A stretch of 64,000 nucleotides of DNA from the human T2T-CHM13v2.0 reference genome, Homo sapiens, in assembly GCF_009914755.1 (NCBI RefSeq), contig NC_060926.1. One strand, given 5' to 3'. The position numbers and the translations under genes are program-made. Shown piece by piece: positions 29,560 to 49,478 of this stretch (its first letter is position 1; each line of letters starts with the position of its first letter). A model generated the notes under the pieces. That model saw only the letters and a program-made list of their open reading frames with translations, was not told where the DNA came from and did no database searches.

Positions 29560-30260
29560 AACACAGTTTAACTCCACATTTTGTAAAAAAGAGACATGAT
29601 ATTTTGTAAGGATGACAAAATAGAAGAAAGTCACTACATTCTGAGAATAAACATATTAAAAAGAGGGAATTAATATAAGACATGAAAACAAATACTCCTG
29701 CAAATAACTAGTGATGTTTTGGAAAATCTATATTAAGTACTATATTGAGTTAAATATGTAGGGCACACACGCCAAGGGACAAAAATGAAAATTGAAAATA
29801 CAAAACAAAATACACAATCCTGAGATTTAGAAAGATTTTCCTCAGATAACTATGATCATACAGCTTAAAAAGTAGGTTAATAGGTAGAAGACTGGATAAA
29901 GAACAAAATGCTGAATTAGAAAAATAAATGTTTAAAAAACTATCTCAAACTCAGAATTACAAGACGAGGCAAACAATTCAAGCAGCATAATTTGTAATAA
30001 TACAAAACGAACACAATTACAAGATCTAAGATCACAAAATAGAAATACTTGAAGCAAGGACATCACATAAAGAAAAAAATGAAATACATTAGAACTGCAA
30101 CTTCTAGAGCTGAGTAAAATAATTTGTGTGATCAGATTGAAAATGTTAGCTGAGCAGCAAAAAAACGAGGCATGCAATAAGACCTATCATATTCAAGTGT
30201 ATAAATTCTAAGAATAAAGAACAATTTTAAAAATTATCCAGGCAGAAAAATAAACAGAAT
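29560..30260 (+). mobile_element. Very old L1M/HAL1 ORF1-like fragment
   Basis: A-rich; tcagattgaaa and aattctaagaataaagaacaattttaaaaattatccaggcagaaaa resemble the ORF1 region. Confidence 0.45.
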
Positions 30261-30957
30261 TATCAATATATATAGATGTTGCTTTTTAAAAAATAACTTC
30301 ATTATACTTTATTGTTTGAATTTACCATAATTTTTTGACAATTTTCCTCTTAAGAATTTTCAAGATAATTGTGATACAAGGTCAATGGAGTAAGAAAGTC
30401 TAGTGTTAAGATAATCGCTGAAATAGCTCAATACACAAAACTTTGTAGGAGGTGATAATAAGATAGGCAAGGGCTGACAGATACAAAGAAATTTGACACG
30501 CCAAGGAAATAGAGGTGCCGAAAAAGTCACATAAAAAGTATAATTTAATACTGTTCAGCAAAACACTTTCTAAAATTTGCGTTAATCTATTTGTATAAAT
30601 AAACTATTAAAAGCTAAAGGCCTAATGACATTTATTTTTAATGAAATAAAAACAAGAAATAAAAAGAAAACTCTTTAGTAAGATATCAAGGGACGTTTCA
30701 TAAATGCATTTAGAAAAAACACCGACCGAGAACCTAATTTCAAACAGAATTTAACTCTCTTTTACAACTCCCACCCGACATTTCTAGAGAAAATGCTTCA
30801 CATGTAATCAACGTGTGTCAATTTAAATTACATCATTAATTTGAGTTAAAATTGCATATTTACAATCTTTTCTGGTCTTTTGGTATATTTAACACTATCA
30901 TTGCAAACATCTTTCAATAGGAAATCAGGACTCCAATTATCGCATATGTGCATATTG

Positions 30958-31264
30958 TTTTTTTTTTTTTTTTTTTTTTTTTTTGAGAAGGAGTCTCGCT
31001 CTTTCGCCCAGGCCAGAGTGCAGTGGCGCTATCTCGGCTCACTGGAAGCTCCGCCTCCCGGGTTCACGCCATTTCCTGCCTCAGCCTCCTGAGTAGCTGG
31101 GATTACAGGCGCCCGCCACCGCGCCCGGCTAATTTTTTGTGTTTTTAGTAGAGACGGGGTTTCACCGTCTTAGCCAAGATGGTCTCGATCTCCTGACCTC
31201 GTGATCCGCCTGCCTCAGCCTCCCAAAGTACTGGGATTACAGGCGTGAGCCACCGCGCCTGGCC
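30958..31264 (-). mobile_element. Young, CpG-rich AluY
   Basis: Long pure poly-T, many intact CpGs; TSD catattgtt / catattctt. Confidence 0.95.
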
Positions 31265-31499
31265 ACATATTCTTAATGATGTGAAGCAAATTAAATTTAA
31301 GCTTGGCATTTTTTTAAATATTATTTTTTTGGTAGTTGTAATTCTTTAATAAGAGAATAATTTAGCTCATTATCAGTGTATATGTTCACAAAATGTTGCT
31401 ATCTGTAAGAATAATACTTTATTTTAATAAAATGTTGTGATCAATTACTTTAAGGTTCATATTCTGAACAATATAATAATATAAGGCAAAGTAGTTTTT

Positions 31500-32417
31500 T
31501 TTTTTAAGTTTTTTTTTCTTTTATTATTATACTTTAAGTTTTAGGGTACATGTGCACATTGTGCAGGTTAGTTACATATGTATACATGTGCCATGCTGGT
31601 GCGCTGCACCCACTAACTTGTAATCTAGCATTAGGTATATCTCCCAATGCTATCCCTCCCCCCTCCCCCCACCCCACAACAGTCCCCAGCGTGTGATGTT
31701 CCCCTTCCTGTGTCCATGTGATCTCATTGTTCAATTCCTACCTATGAGTGAGAATATGCGGTGTTTGGTTTTTTGTTCTTGCGATAGTTTACTGAGAATG
31801 ATGATTTCCAATTTCATCCATGTCCCTACAAAGGACATGAACTCATCCTTTTTTATGGCTGCATAGTATTCCATGGTGTATATGTGCCACATTTTCTTAA
31901 TCCAGTCTATTATCGTTGGACATTTGGGTTGGTTCCAAGTCTTTGCTATTGTGAATAGTGCCGCAATAAACATACGTGTGCATGTGTCTTTATAGCAGCA
32001 TGATTTATAGTCCTTTGGGTATATACCCAGTAATGGGATGGCTGGGTTAAATGGTATTTCTAGTTCTAGATCCCTGAGGAATCGCCACACTGACTTCCAC
32101 AATGGTTGAACTAGTTTCCAGTCCCACCAACAGTGTAAAAGTGTTCCTATTTCTCCACATCCTCTCCAGCACCTGTTGTTTCCTGACTTTTGAATGATTG
32201 CCATTCTAACTGGTGTGAGATGGTATCTCATTGTGGTTTTGATTTGCTTTTCTCTGATGGCCAGTGATGATGAGCATTTTTTCATGTGTTTTTTGGCTGC
32301 ATAAATGTCGTCTTCTGAGAAGTATCTGTTCATGTCCTTCGCCCACTTTTTGATGGGGTCGTTTGTTTTTTTCTTGTAAATTTGTTTGAGTTCATTGTAG
32401 ATTCTGGATATTAGCCC
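31500..32417 (-). mobile_element. 5'-truncated young L1PA2-like LINE-1 (~0.9 kb)
   Basis: Open 200-aa ORF2 C-terminus (31731-32333, [16 protein letters not shown]); cacattgtgcaggttagttac and tctagcattagg 3' UTR; TSD ggcaaagtagttttt 31485-31499 / ggcaaagcagttttt 32418-32432. Confidence 0.93.
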
Positions 32418-32699
32418 GGCAAAGCAGTTTTTGCTGCTTAAAATTTTAGAAGTTGCATCTTCACATACAAAAATTCTCTAAATATAATATTCATATTTAG
32501 AAAATTCTGATGCTTTTTTATTTTTTGCAATAGAGGTTAATAAAAGAATTTATACTTCTAATAAACTGAAGAGGTTTAGAATTAGTATTTTCATGCTTAC
32601 TGTGGCAGTTGGGTATAAAATACAAAAACTTGCAAATATGACATTAAAATAACTGGAACTAAATTGATTAAGAGAGCATTTTAAAATTCAGTGCTCAAG

Positions 32700-33135
32700 A
32701 GGAGACAACCCACATGTCTCTAAATAGATGAATAGATAAATACTGTATACATACAATAGAATAATATTAGCCTTAAATAGAAATGCCATCCTGATAAATG
32801 ATACAACATGGATGAAACTTAAAGACATAATACTAAGTGAAATAAACCAAACACAAATAGACAAATATTGTATGATTCCACTTATACAAAATACCTAGAA
32901 TTTGAAAATTCGTAAAGACAGAAAGTAGTTTAGAGACTATCAGGGGTTTGTTTAATGATTATGATTCTTTAATGATTACGAGATTTCTATACAGGGCAGT
33001 GAAAGGGTTGTGGGAGTGGATAGCTATAATGGTTGTAACAATTGTGAATATAATTATTGCCACTGAATTGTACACTTAAAAATGGTTGAAATGATTTTGT
33101 GTTAAGTATACATTATGCCACTTACAAAAAATAAA
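32700..33135 (+). mobile_element. L1MB-type 3' end
   Basis: acaacatggatgaaacttaaagacataatactaagtgaaataaacc...gccactgaattgtacacttaaaaatggtt. Confidence 0.8.
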
Positions 33136-33195
33136 AGATTTTAGATAGTTGCATACAAACTATGCTTTCATATTTGGAATAAAAATGAGGGGTAA

Positions 33196-33505
<310 letters not shown>

Positions 33506-33985
33506 GCGAGGGGTAAGAAAGACAATATATTTATTAATGCAAATTTAGTTACTGTTTATACCTGTTAGATATAGTCATTCTGAACTGATCTAAAACCAAG
33601 TTATAACAGCTCTGAATAAAATTCAGAATGAAATATTTTAAATCTTTAGGATGTTACCTTAGAATTAAAATAACTTTAATTAAATAGATACTGGGGAAAT
33701 TATTACAATCTAAGCACAGTCTTTTTTATACCACATAATTTTTAAACTACATACTAATGCTTTCTTAATATTGAAAAATTTCAATTTTGTAGAGGTAAAT
33801 TTATTGTATTCATGGTATTTTTAGATATACAATAACCTCTTAGTTTTTATTTAATCAAAACTATTAGTTTTTCCTTGTTTTTTCTTTATGTTTTGCTTAG
33901 AAATACCTTTGCCACCTGAAGAAAAAAATATTAAAGTACGTTTTATTTAAAATATTGTATATGTTTGATTTTTGATTACTCATAA

Positions 33986-34320
<335 letters not shown>

Positions 34321-34404
34321 GTGCACTTACTTTTTACTCTTCAGGTAACTATCCCAGAATTATTTATCATGTGATTTTATGTTTTACCACTAATAAATTA
34401 TCCT

Positions 34405-34712
<308 letters not shown>

Positions 34713-34919
34713 AAATTATCCTGTTGCAGATTGTTAAGGTCTTATGTCTACATCTGATCATTTTGTTCAGCGTCACCGTTCTGAAAAATTTTGAGACAGT
34801 ACCGTAATGTCTAAATTAGTGAAAATAGAGCATATGTTATGCTATCTGGCATGCAAGTACACATAATTACGCTCATTTGCAAATAATTGTATGATTCTAA
34901 GTACTGTTTTACAGCTTTA

Positions 34920-38200
<3,281 letters not shown>

Positions 38201-39581
38201 TCTAGTAGTCGTTGTTTATTTAAACTGTATAATTTCACTGTTGTCTTCTTCCATAAGTAAACAAAAATAACCCACATTTATGTTGGAACTATTCCAATTG
38301 CAACCTTAGACTTACTGTAGATAAAAGAGTTTGGCAAAAAATAAAAATCAATGAGAATTTGAGAATTAATTAATTTTATGGAATTTATAGTACAGTATTG
38401 CATATTTCATTATAATCTTTAAATTGTGCTACACATCCTTTATATCAGCAAAGTTTATAATATTTTTTTCCACAAAGCCTCTTGTGAAACATGTAGCAAT
38501 CACCCCTGCCTTAATTACCATTCCCCATTAATTCCCCCATATAGTATTCCCATTCCAAATTGTATCTAGTGCTCATTTGTCCAAAGAGCATCTTTTCACC
38601 ATCTACATTGAATAAATCTTTGGTCCTTTACTAGAGTGTGGGAGTGACAGTCTCCATGCAACTGATAGTAGAGCATGTTAAATAGCATTATGAAATTTAA
38701 CCACTCCTCTTTATTTTAGCTAATTTTACTTTTTGCATTTCTCTATTGCTATCTTAGAATTTACTTGTCTTGGGTGATCTAGGTTATTGATCACTTTTCA
38801 TGCACTTCCAGACTTCCAAAATGTTGTTGCTATTTTTTTTTCTCTTGTTCTCATCTCTCCTGAATATGTTTGATTTAAAATAATTTGCTGTATTTATATT
38901 TTAGTTAGATTTCAGGAGTTAATGAAATTAGATGTGTTCAATCTAGCGCCTTACGTAGAAGTCCATAATATATTCTTTATCCACTGACTTGTGTGGCCTT
39001 CTTTATTACATACTATGCCAATTTATGTACACTAGTTCCTGATCTCTCCACACCATTATCAGTTTTATTTATTTGGGCTTTGTAATATGTCTTATATGAT
39101 GAAATGAAGATCCTCTAGTTTTACAAATTGATTTAGCTCCTCATGAAATATTCTTGGAAGTAAATTTTAGAAGCAGTTTTTCAATTTCCATTTACAATTT
39201 TGCTATGACTTTATTAACAAAGGACAATTTGTGGAGTTTATTAACAAGGACAATTAAAGAGTTTATACTAAATATTTAGGGGTCCACCCATTAATGTATA
39301 TATATATATACACATTTTTGTCAGGTCTTTTAAAGTTTTCTCTGTTAGGGTTTTGCAGAGTTTTGTAGTTTTTACATGGATCACTCTAGATATATATTTT
39401 TGGTTATTACCATAAATAGTGTCTTATTGTCTATAATATTCTATAATTTTGCTATTACTAATCAATTACCAGTTTTTATATTATCTCATACTTTTCCCTC
39501 TTGCTGGGCTTTTTCTTTTTTAGTTCTGATGATGCCTATTAATCGTCCTGGGTTTTCTATATGAATAACGTAGCCTCATTA

Positions 39582-39867
39582 TGAGATAGGAGACTGGCAG
39601 GACTTATTTCCCCGACCCAACAAACAAACAGACAAAAACAAAGACAAAAAAAATGGCTGGAACCAGCAAATGGCATTCATCAACACCATAACAGTTTACA
39701 AATGCCACAACAACACCCAAAAGTTGCTGCCCCCTTTCTAGAGATTTTGGAATAATGTTCCCCCCTAATTTACATGTAATTAAAAAGTGGGTATAAATAT
39801 AGCTAGCCATGCACTGCTACTCTGAGCACACTGCCCATGGGTTAGCCCTGCTCCACAAAGAGCAGCC
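39582..39867 (+). mobile_element. 3'-truncated MER4-group ERV1 LTR (MER66/MER41-like)
   Basis: tgagataggagactggcaggactt start; catgacagtttacaaatgcc-like and gggtataaata (TATA)...gcacactgcccatgggttagccctgctcc; no poly-A signal or CA end. Confidence 0.65.
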
Positions 39868-39935
39868 AAGTCTATAGAATTCTGATGAAAAAATGTATGA
39901 TCCAAAACTTTTATACAGTCAGAATAGCAACAATT

Positions 39936-41138
<1,203 letters not shown>

Positions 41139-41469
41139 CTTTTTTGTCTCTTGACTTTTTTGTTACAGAAGAACAAATTATGAGTAACTTGCTTCTCTGT
41201 CTTTTGGATAATTTAGTTAAAAATGTATTATGAACTATTTAATAACACAAGTAATATTGGAGCATACATATAGAGAATTATATAGTAAACATTCTTATGC
41301 CTACAATCTAGCTTAAGAAATAAAATATTCTAAAGCTTTGTGTCTTTGTGTATTTTTCCTCAATTATGACTCTCACTTTGTACTCCCAGAGCAAAGGGTA
41401 TCCAGTAACCTGTGTTTTATGTCTTTTTTTTTTCTTTCTGTTTTGGATTTTAGTTTTATAAAATATGTA

Positions 41470-41750
41470 TGTGTTGTAGAGTATTTGTTGCGGGAGTCCT
41501 CACCCCATTAGTTCATGCCATTCTGAATCCACACTCTTGGAAAATCCACTCCTACACCGATTCTGGTCTAATCCATGTGACTTGCTTTGGTCAATGGCTC
41601 ATCAGAAAATGCCACAGACAGATTTGCAAAATGATGGAACACTGGGACTTGGTTTCTCTTGGTGATGTCAAAAACTCACACCACCCTGGAACAAATCTGC
41701 ACAAGCTTTGCTGGACGATGAAAGGCACATGGCCCAGTTATCCCCGTAAC
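41470..41750 (+). mobile_element. MLT1 (G/H-type) MaLR LTR fragment
   Basis: tccacactcttgg...atccatgtgacttgctttggtcaatgg...aggcacatggcccagttatcccc. Confidence 0.6.
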
Positions 41751-41759
41751 TGAAATTCG

Positions 41760-43300
41760 TAAAGATATTTTGTTTATTTCTCTCCCATGTTTTACAATTA
41801 TGTCTTTTATATTTATGGTTTTTATTTATATAAAATTGATTTTTTAGGTGTTGTAAGGTAGAGATAGAATGTCAATTTTTTTTTCCTATATGGACAACCT
41901 TCCAGATTAGAACACACTTATTGAATATTCTGTCTTTACCAAAAGAGGCTGCTGTAACATTTCCTTTATATATTGTCTACATATATTTTATTTTTGTTTT
42001 TATTATTTTATTTAGCTTGCCCTGTGCCAATAAAATATTGTGCTAATTATTAAAGCTTTATAATAAATATTGATCTCTGATAAGGCAAATCTTATGTTGA
42101 TTTTCTCAATTGTGCTGAAATTTAAATTTCAGAATCAGCATGCTAAATTCAAATAAAAAATCTTGATATGGGTTTTATTGAGAATATATTGACTACATGG
42201 TTAATTGTGATCGGTCTTTACAATTTGGAATCACTAAACATGAATGCAACAACTCTATTTGTTTAGGCATTCATTCTTCAGTAAAGTTTTGTAAGTTCTT
42301 TTAAGTTTCCCTGTAAAGGTTTGCATCTATTATGTTACCTATTACAAGTATGTCTACCGATGTTTCGAATGGCATGTTTTTAAAACTACGTATCTGTCCA
42401 TCTCTTGCCTGTAGGCGTAAGGCTATATATATATATATATATATAAATAAAATCAAATATAATTTGATTTTAGATTTGATTTTTTGTCTACAATCTTGCT
42501 AAACTTGTTACTTTCAATAATTTGTGGCTTTTTGGTTGCCTAATATAGATTATAATGTGCCCTGCAATGAACAGTTTGATTAATTTCTTTACATTCCTTA
42601 AACCTCTTATTTATTTTAATTGTGCCCCTGTGCTGAATAACACTTATAGCACAGTGTTGAACAGAGGTAATAATAGAAAAAAAATTCTCATATTTTTCCT
42701 GATTTTAAAGCAAATGTTTTTACTGTTTTACCATTTGTACAGCTTGCTGTAGTTTTTGTAAAAGATACTCTTTATCAGGCTATCAAATATTTTTCTATTC
42801 TACTTAATAAAGGTTTTCTCAAATTAAAATGATTTACATTTTATTTTAAATATGTTTTACCTGTAGAGGTGATCATTTATGTTCTTTTGCATTAAATCTG
42901 CTTATGTGGTAATTTACATTATTAGATTTTATAATGTTAAAGCATCCTTGAACTTCTAGGATAACCCCAAATTTGGTCATAAATTGTTATATTTTATACA
43001 TTGATAGATTTGGTTTTGTAATATTTTATTTGGTATTTTACATCTAAATTAATGATTAAGATTAACCTATACATTTCTTTATTTATTCTAGTGTTTTCTG
43101 GTTTTAATGTCAAGTTTAACCTGGCCTCATAAAACAAGGAGAGAGGAGAGGCATGTTCCCTCTTTCCTAGTCTCATAGAAGAAATGCTTTTTTCTTTTTT
43201 TAAAAAAAAATTGAAATGATTTTTCCTTTGAATATTTTGTGTAACTCAGTTATAAACTTAATGGATCTACTATTTATAGAATGGAGACTGAATTTTATTT
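41760..43300 (-). mobile_element. Old L1M ORF2 remnant (host element, left part)
   Basis: T-rich; ttgaacagaggtaataatag, catccttgaacttctaggataacccc, ctggcctcataaaac; appears to continue at 50630. Confidence 0.65.
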
Positions 43301-43319
43301 ATTGGTTAATGCTCTTAAA

Positions 43320-43592
43320 AAAACAACTTTGTTGAAATATAATTCACATATCATGCAATTCCCCCATTTAAAAAGTACAATCCAGAGGTTTTTAGTTTGT
43401 TCACAGAGTGATGCAACCATCACCACAATCAATTTTGGAACATTTTTATCACCAAAAAAAGTAACTCCATAATCATTAATAGTCATTTTCCGTTACTCTC
43501 CCTGTCCCACTACTTTCTCTCCCCAGGTCCCTGGCCCCAGGCTATCGCTTATTCACTTTCAGTCTCTATATATTTGCCTATTCTGAACATTT
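43320..43592 (-). mobile_element. L1MB-type 3' end
   Basis: aactttgttgaaatataattcacatatcatgcaattc...gcaaccatcaccacaatcaattttggaacatttttatcacc. Confidence 0.8.
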
Positions 43593-45381
43593 TGAAAATA
43601 TCCCTTCTATCTCTAACTATAATTATATATCCTTTGATCAACATCTCCCCTTTTCCCCATCCCCACTAACTACCCAAGTCTCTGGTAACCACTATTCTAT
43701 TCTATAAGATCATTTTTTTTTAATTCCACATATGAGTGAGCTATTGTATTTCTTTTCCTATACCTAGCTTATTTCACTCAGCACAATGGTCTTCAGGTTC
43801 ATCCACATTGTTGCAAAAGATAAAACTTTGTTCATTTTTCTAGCTAAATAGCATCCCATTGTGTACATATACCACATTCTATTTAGCCATTCATCTATTG
43901 ATAGACACTTAGTTGATTCCATATCATGGCTATCGTGAATAGTGCTACAATAAACATGGAAGTATAGACGTCTTTTCAACATATTAATTTGAATTCCTTT
44001 GGATATAAACCCAGTAGTAGAATTGCTGGATCATATGGTAGTTCTCTTTTAATCGTTTGAGGAACCTCCATATTATTTTCCATAAAACTTTACTGATTTA
44101 CATTCCCACCAGCAGTGTATAGGATTCCCTTCTCTCCACATCCTCACCAACACTTACTATTTTTTGTTATTTTGATAATCGCCTTTCTAACCAGTGTGAG
44201 ATGATATCCCAATGTGGTTTGAGTTGCATTTCCCTCATGATTAGTGATGTTTAGTATATTTTCATATACCTGTTGCTCAATTGTATGTCTTCTTTTGAGA
44301 AATGCCTGTTTAGGTCTTTTGCCCATTTTTTTTTAGTAGGGTTATTTGTTTTCTTGATATTGAGTTGTTTAAGTTCCTTATAAATTTTGAAGTCAACTCC
44401 TTCTCAGGAGTATGGTTTACAAATACTTTCTCCCTTTCAGTATGTTGTCTCTTCACTCTGTTACTTTCCTTTGCTGTGTCGAAGCTTTTTAGTTTGATAT
44501 AATCTCATTTGTCTATTTTTGCTTCATTTGACTTTATTTTGAGGCCAAATAAAACATTATTGCCCAAACCAATGTCATAAAACATTTCCTTTATATTTTC
44601 TTCTAGAAGTTTATAATTTTGGATAATATATTTAAGTCTTAATCTTTTTTGAGTTGATTTTTGTATGTGGCGAGAAAGAAGAGTCTAATTTTATTCTTCT
44701 GCATATGGATATACAGTTTTCCTATTATTATTTATTGAACAAATTTTCCTTTCTCTTTTGTTTGCTTTTGGCACCTTTGTCAAAAATCAGTTGACTGTAA
44801 ATACATGAATTTATTTCTGGGCTCTCCATTGTGTTTCACTGGTCTGTGTGGCCGTTTTTTTATGCCAGTATTATGCTGTTTTGATTACTATCACTTTTAG
44901 TACACTTTGACATCAAGTAGCGTGATGCCTTTAGCTTTCTCCTTTTTGCTCAACATTGTTTTGGTTCTTTGGGGTCTTTTGTGATTACATACAAATCTTA
45001 AGGGTGTTTCTTCTATTTCTGAGAAAAAATGTCATTGGCATTTTGATGGGAGTTTTGTTGAATCTGTACATCACTTTGGGTAAATGGATGATTTAACAAT
45101 ACTTACTCCTCCAGTCCATGAACATGGGAAATCTTTTCATTTATTTGTGTCTTCTTCACTTTCTTCTTCAGCATTTTTATACTTTTTAGTGGTAGAGATT
45201 TATCAACGCCTTAGCTAAATTTATTCCTAAGCATTTTATTTTATTTTATTTTTTGTAGCTATTGTAAATAGTATTGTTTTCTTTTTAAGATAGTTGCATA
45301 TTCATGTATAAAAATTCTACTAATTTTTTAGTTGTGACTGTTTTAGTAAGGTGTTTATCATATATATAATATTATATATAG

Positions 45382-45393
<12 letters not shown>

Positions 45394-45446
<53 letters not shown>
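45394..45446. repeat. Perfect (TA)~26 microsatellite
   Basis: Uninterrupted TA run, preceded by (CA)n. Confidence 0.95.
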
Positions 45447-45450
<4 letters not shown>

Positions 45451-45751
45451 GTCATCTGCAAGCAGGAGTAATTTAAATTCTTTCTTTCCCATTTGGATAA
45501 CTTTTATTTCTTTCTTTGCCTAATTGTTCTGGCCAGGACTTCCAGTACTTTGTTGAATAAAAATGGCAAAAGTGGCTACTCTGGATTTATTCTAGATCTT
45601 AGAGGAAACACTTTCAATTTTTCTCCATTCAGTATGATGTTAGCTGTGGATTTGTCATATATGGCCTTTGTTGTATTGATGTATGTTCCTTCTATACCTA
45701 ATTTGTGGAGAATTTTTATCATAAAGGAATGTTAAATTTAGTCAAGTGTCT

Positions 45752-46091
<340 letters not shown>

Positions 46092-46184
46092 TTAATGTGA
46101 TGTATCAAATATATTTACATATGTTGGAACCATCCTTGCAATCCTAGGATTAGTTCTACTTGAACTTGGTAAATGATATATATA

Positions 46185-46475
<291 letters not shown>

Positions 46476-46933
46476 GGTAAATGATATTTTTAATGTGCTG
46501 TTGAACTTACTTTGCTACTAATTTATTGAAGATTTTTCCATGTGTGTTCATTAAAGCCATTGACCTTTAGTTTTCCTTTTTTTGTTGTTGTGTTCTTGTA
46601 TGGTTTTGATGTCAGGGTAATGTGGACCTTGTACAATACATTTGAAGTAGTCCTTCTTTTTCAATTTTTTGGACTAGTTTGGAAAGAATTTATATATCAG
46701 TTTTTCTTTATATGTTCAATAGGATTCAGCAGTGAGCTATCAGGTCCTGGATTTTCTTTTTTGAAGGGATACTTTTTATTACTGATGAAATTTTGTATTT
46801 GTTATTGGTTTATTCTAATATTCTGTTTATTTATATTTCAATCTGGCTAGGTTGCATGTGTCCAGGAATTTATTCGTTTCTCCTTCAGCTATCTAATTTG
46901 TTAAATTTAGTTGTTCATAATAGTGTTTTATGA

Positions 46934-47266
<333 letters not shown>

Positions 47267-49098
47267 AATCCTTTGTATTTCTGTGGTATTAGTTGTAATG
47301 TCTGCTTTTTCACTGCTGATTTAATTTATTTGGGTCATCTCTCTTTTTTCTTGGATAGTTTAAACTTTGTCAAGTTGTTCATATTTGGGGAAAAAAAACT
47401 ATTTTGTTAATATTTTGTATTGTTTTTTAGTCTATATTTTATTTATTTCTGCTCTAATGTTTATTATAGTCTTCGTTCTACTGATTTGGGGTTTTGTTTG
47501 TTCTTGTTTTGTGACTTCCTTGAGATATAGTGTTAGGTTGTGCAGTTGAAATCTTTTTTGATGAACACTTTTATTTTTATAAACTTCTGTCTTAGAACTC
47601 CTTTTCTTGTATACCACAGATTTTAGTATGTTATGTTTACATTTTTGTTTTTCTCAAAAAGTTTTAAAGTTTTCCTATTATTTTCTTCAGAGATTTATTA
47701 ATCATTCGGGGCATATTGTTTAATTTCCATGTATTTAAAAAGATTCCAGTGTTCCCATTATTGTTGAATGGTTAATTTTTAGTTTTATACCATTGTGGTT
47801 AAAAAAGATACTTTATATAATTTCAATCTTCTTAAATTTGCTAAGGTTTGTTTTGTAGATTAACATATTATCTATCTTGAGATATATTTCATGTGCAGTT
47901 GAAGAGAATATATATTTTATGATTGTTAGATCAAACGTTCTGTAAATATTAGGTCCATTTGGTCTAGAGTGCAGGTTCTTTGCTAATTTCCTGGCTGGGT
48001 GATCCGTTCATTGGTGCAAGTGAGGTGTTCAAGCCCATTACTAGTATTGTATTGTAGTCTATCTCTCTCTTTAGCTCAATTAATATCTACTTTATATATT
48101 TAAGTTCTCCAATGTTGGATGCCTATAGTTTTACAATTGCTCTATCCTTTTGTTGAGTTGGCCTCTTTATAACTATATAATTACCTTTTTTGTCTCTTTT
48201 TGTAGTTTTTGATCTAAAGACTACTTTATCTGATATAAATACAGCTAGTCCTGCTCTCTTTTGATTTCCATTAGCACGGAATATCTTTTACCATCTCTTT
48301 GCTTTCAGTCTATGTAAGTCCTCACAGGTAAAGTGAACCTCTTGTAGGCAGCGTATAGTTGGGTCTTGTTTTTACTCCATTCAGCCATTCAGTTTTTAAT
48401 TGGAATATTTAATCCATTTATATTCAAAGTAATTATTGATAGGTAATATCTTGCTCTAGCTTTTTCTTAAATGTTTTCTAGTTAATTTGTAGATTTTTAT
48501 GTCTCTCTTATTATCATTCTTTGTTCTTAAGTGATTTTCTCTATCATTATGTTTTGATTTCTTGCTTTTTATTTTTAGTGTATTTATTATAGTATTTTGC
48601 GTTGTGGTTACCATGAGGCTTACCAAAAATTCTCATAGGAATAACATCTTATTTTAAGCTGATAGCAACTTAAGTTTGATTATACACACACACACACACA
48701 CACACACACTCTATCCGTAAGCTCCATCCCCTCCTACATTTTGGATTTTTGATGTCATAATTTGCACTTTCTATGTTGTATAACCCTTAACAAATTATTG
48801 TAATTATTATGTTTAGTAGTTTTGTCATTCAACCTTTATACCACCATATCCACCATATCCTATTAAAATATTATGAATTTTACTGTGTTCTTTCATTTAA
48901 CAGTGAAATTTATACTTTCAGATGTTTTTGTGTTACTCATTGATGTTTGTTCTTTGAGTTTGAAGAACTTTCTTTGTAATACCGGTCTGATGATGATGAA
49001 CTCTCTGATTTGTATATCTGGGAAAGTCTTTATCTCTCCTTCATTTTTGAAAGACAGCTTTGTCAGGTACAGTATTCTTGGCAGTTTTTTTCCTGTAG

Positions 49099-49426
<328 letters not shown>

Positions 49427-49430
49427 AGTA

Positions 49431-49478
49431 TACTACTTTTAATGGCAAAACAGCAATTGCTTTTGCACCAACCTAATA
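49431..49478. mobile_element. Half MADE1 (Hsmar1-derived MITE)
   Basis: acttttaatggcaaaacagcaattgcttttgcaccaacctaata is one MADE1 arm. Confidence 0.85.

Noticed and set aside
31731-32333. 200-aa ORF (also 215 aa at 36214-36861) as a protein-coding gene
   Set aside because: Both are L1 ORF2 C-terminal remnants in 5'-truncated elements with no promoter, endonuclease or RT domain.
39210-39266. ~27-bp tandem duplication (tttattaacaaaggacaatt); similar short ones near 1260, 10655 and 48841, and an 11-bp hairpin at 42448-42472
   Set aside because: Ordinary slippage-type duplications; no spacer structure, so not CRISPR-like.
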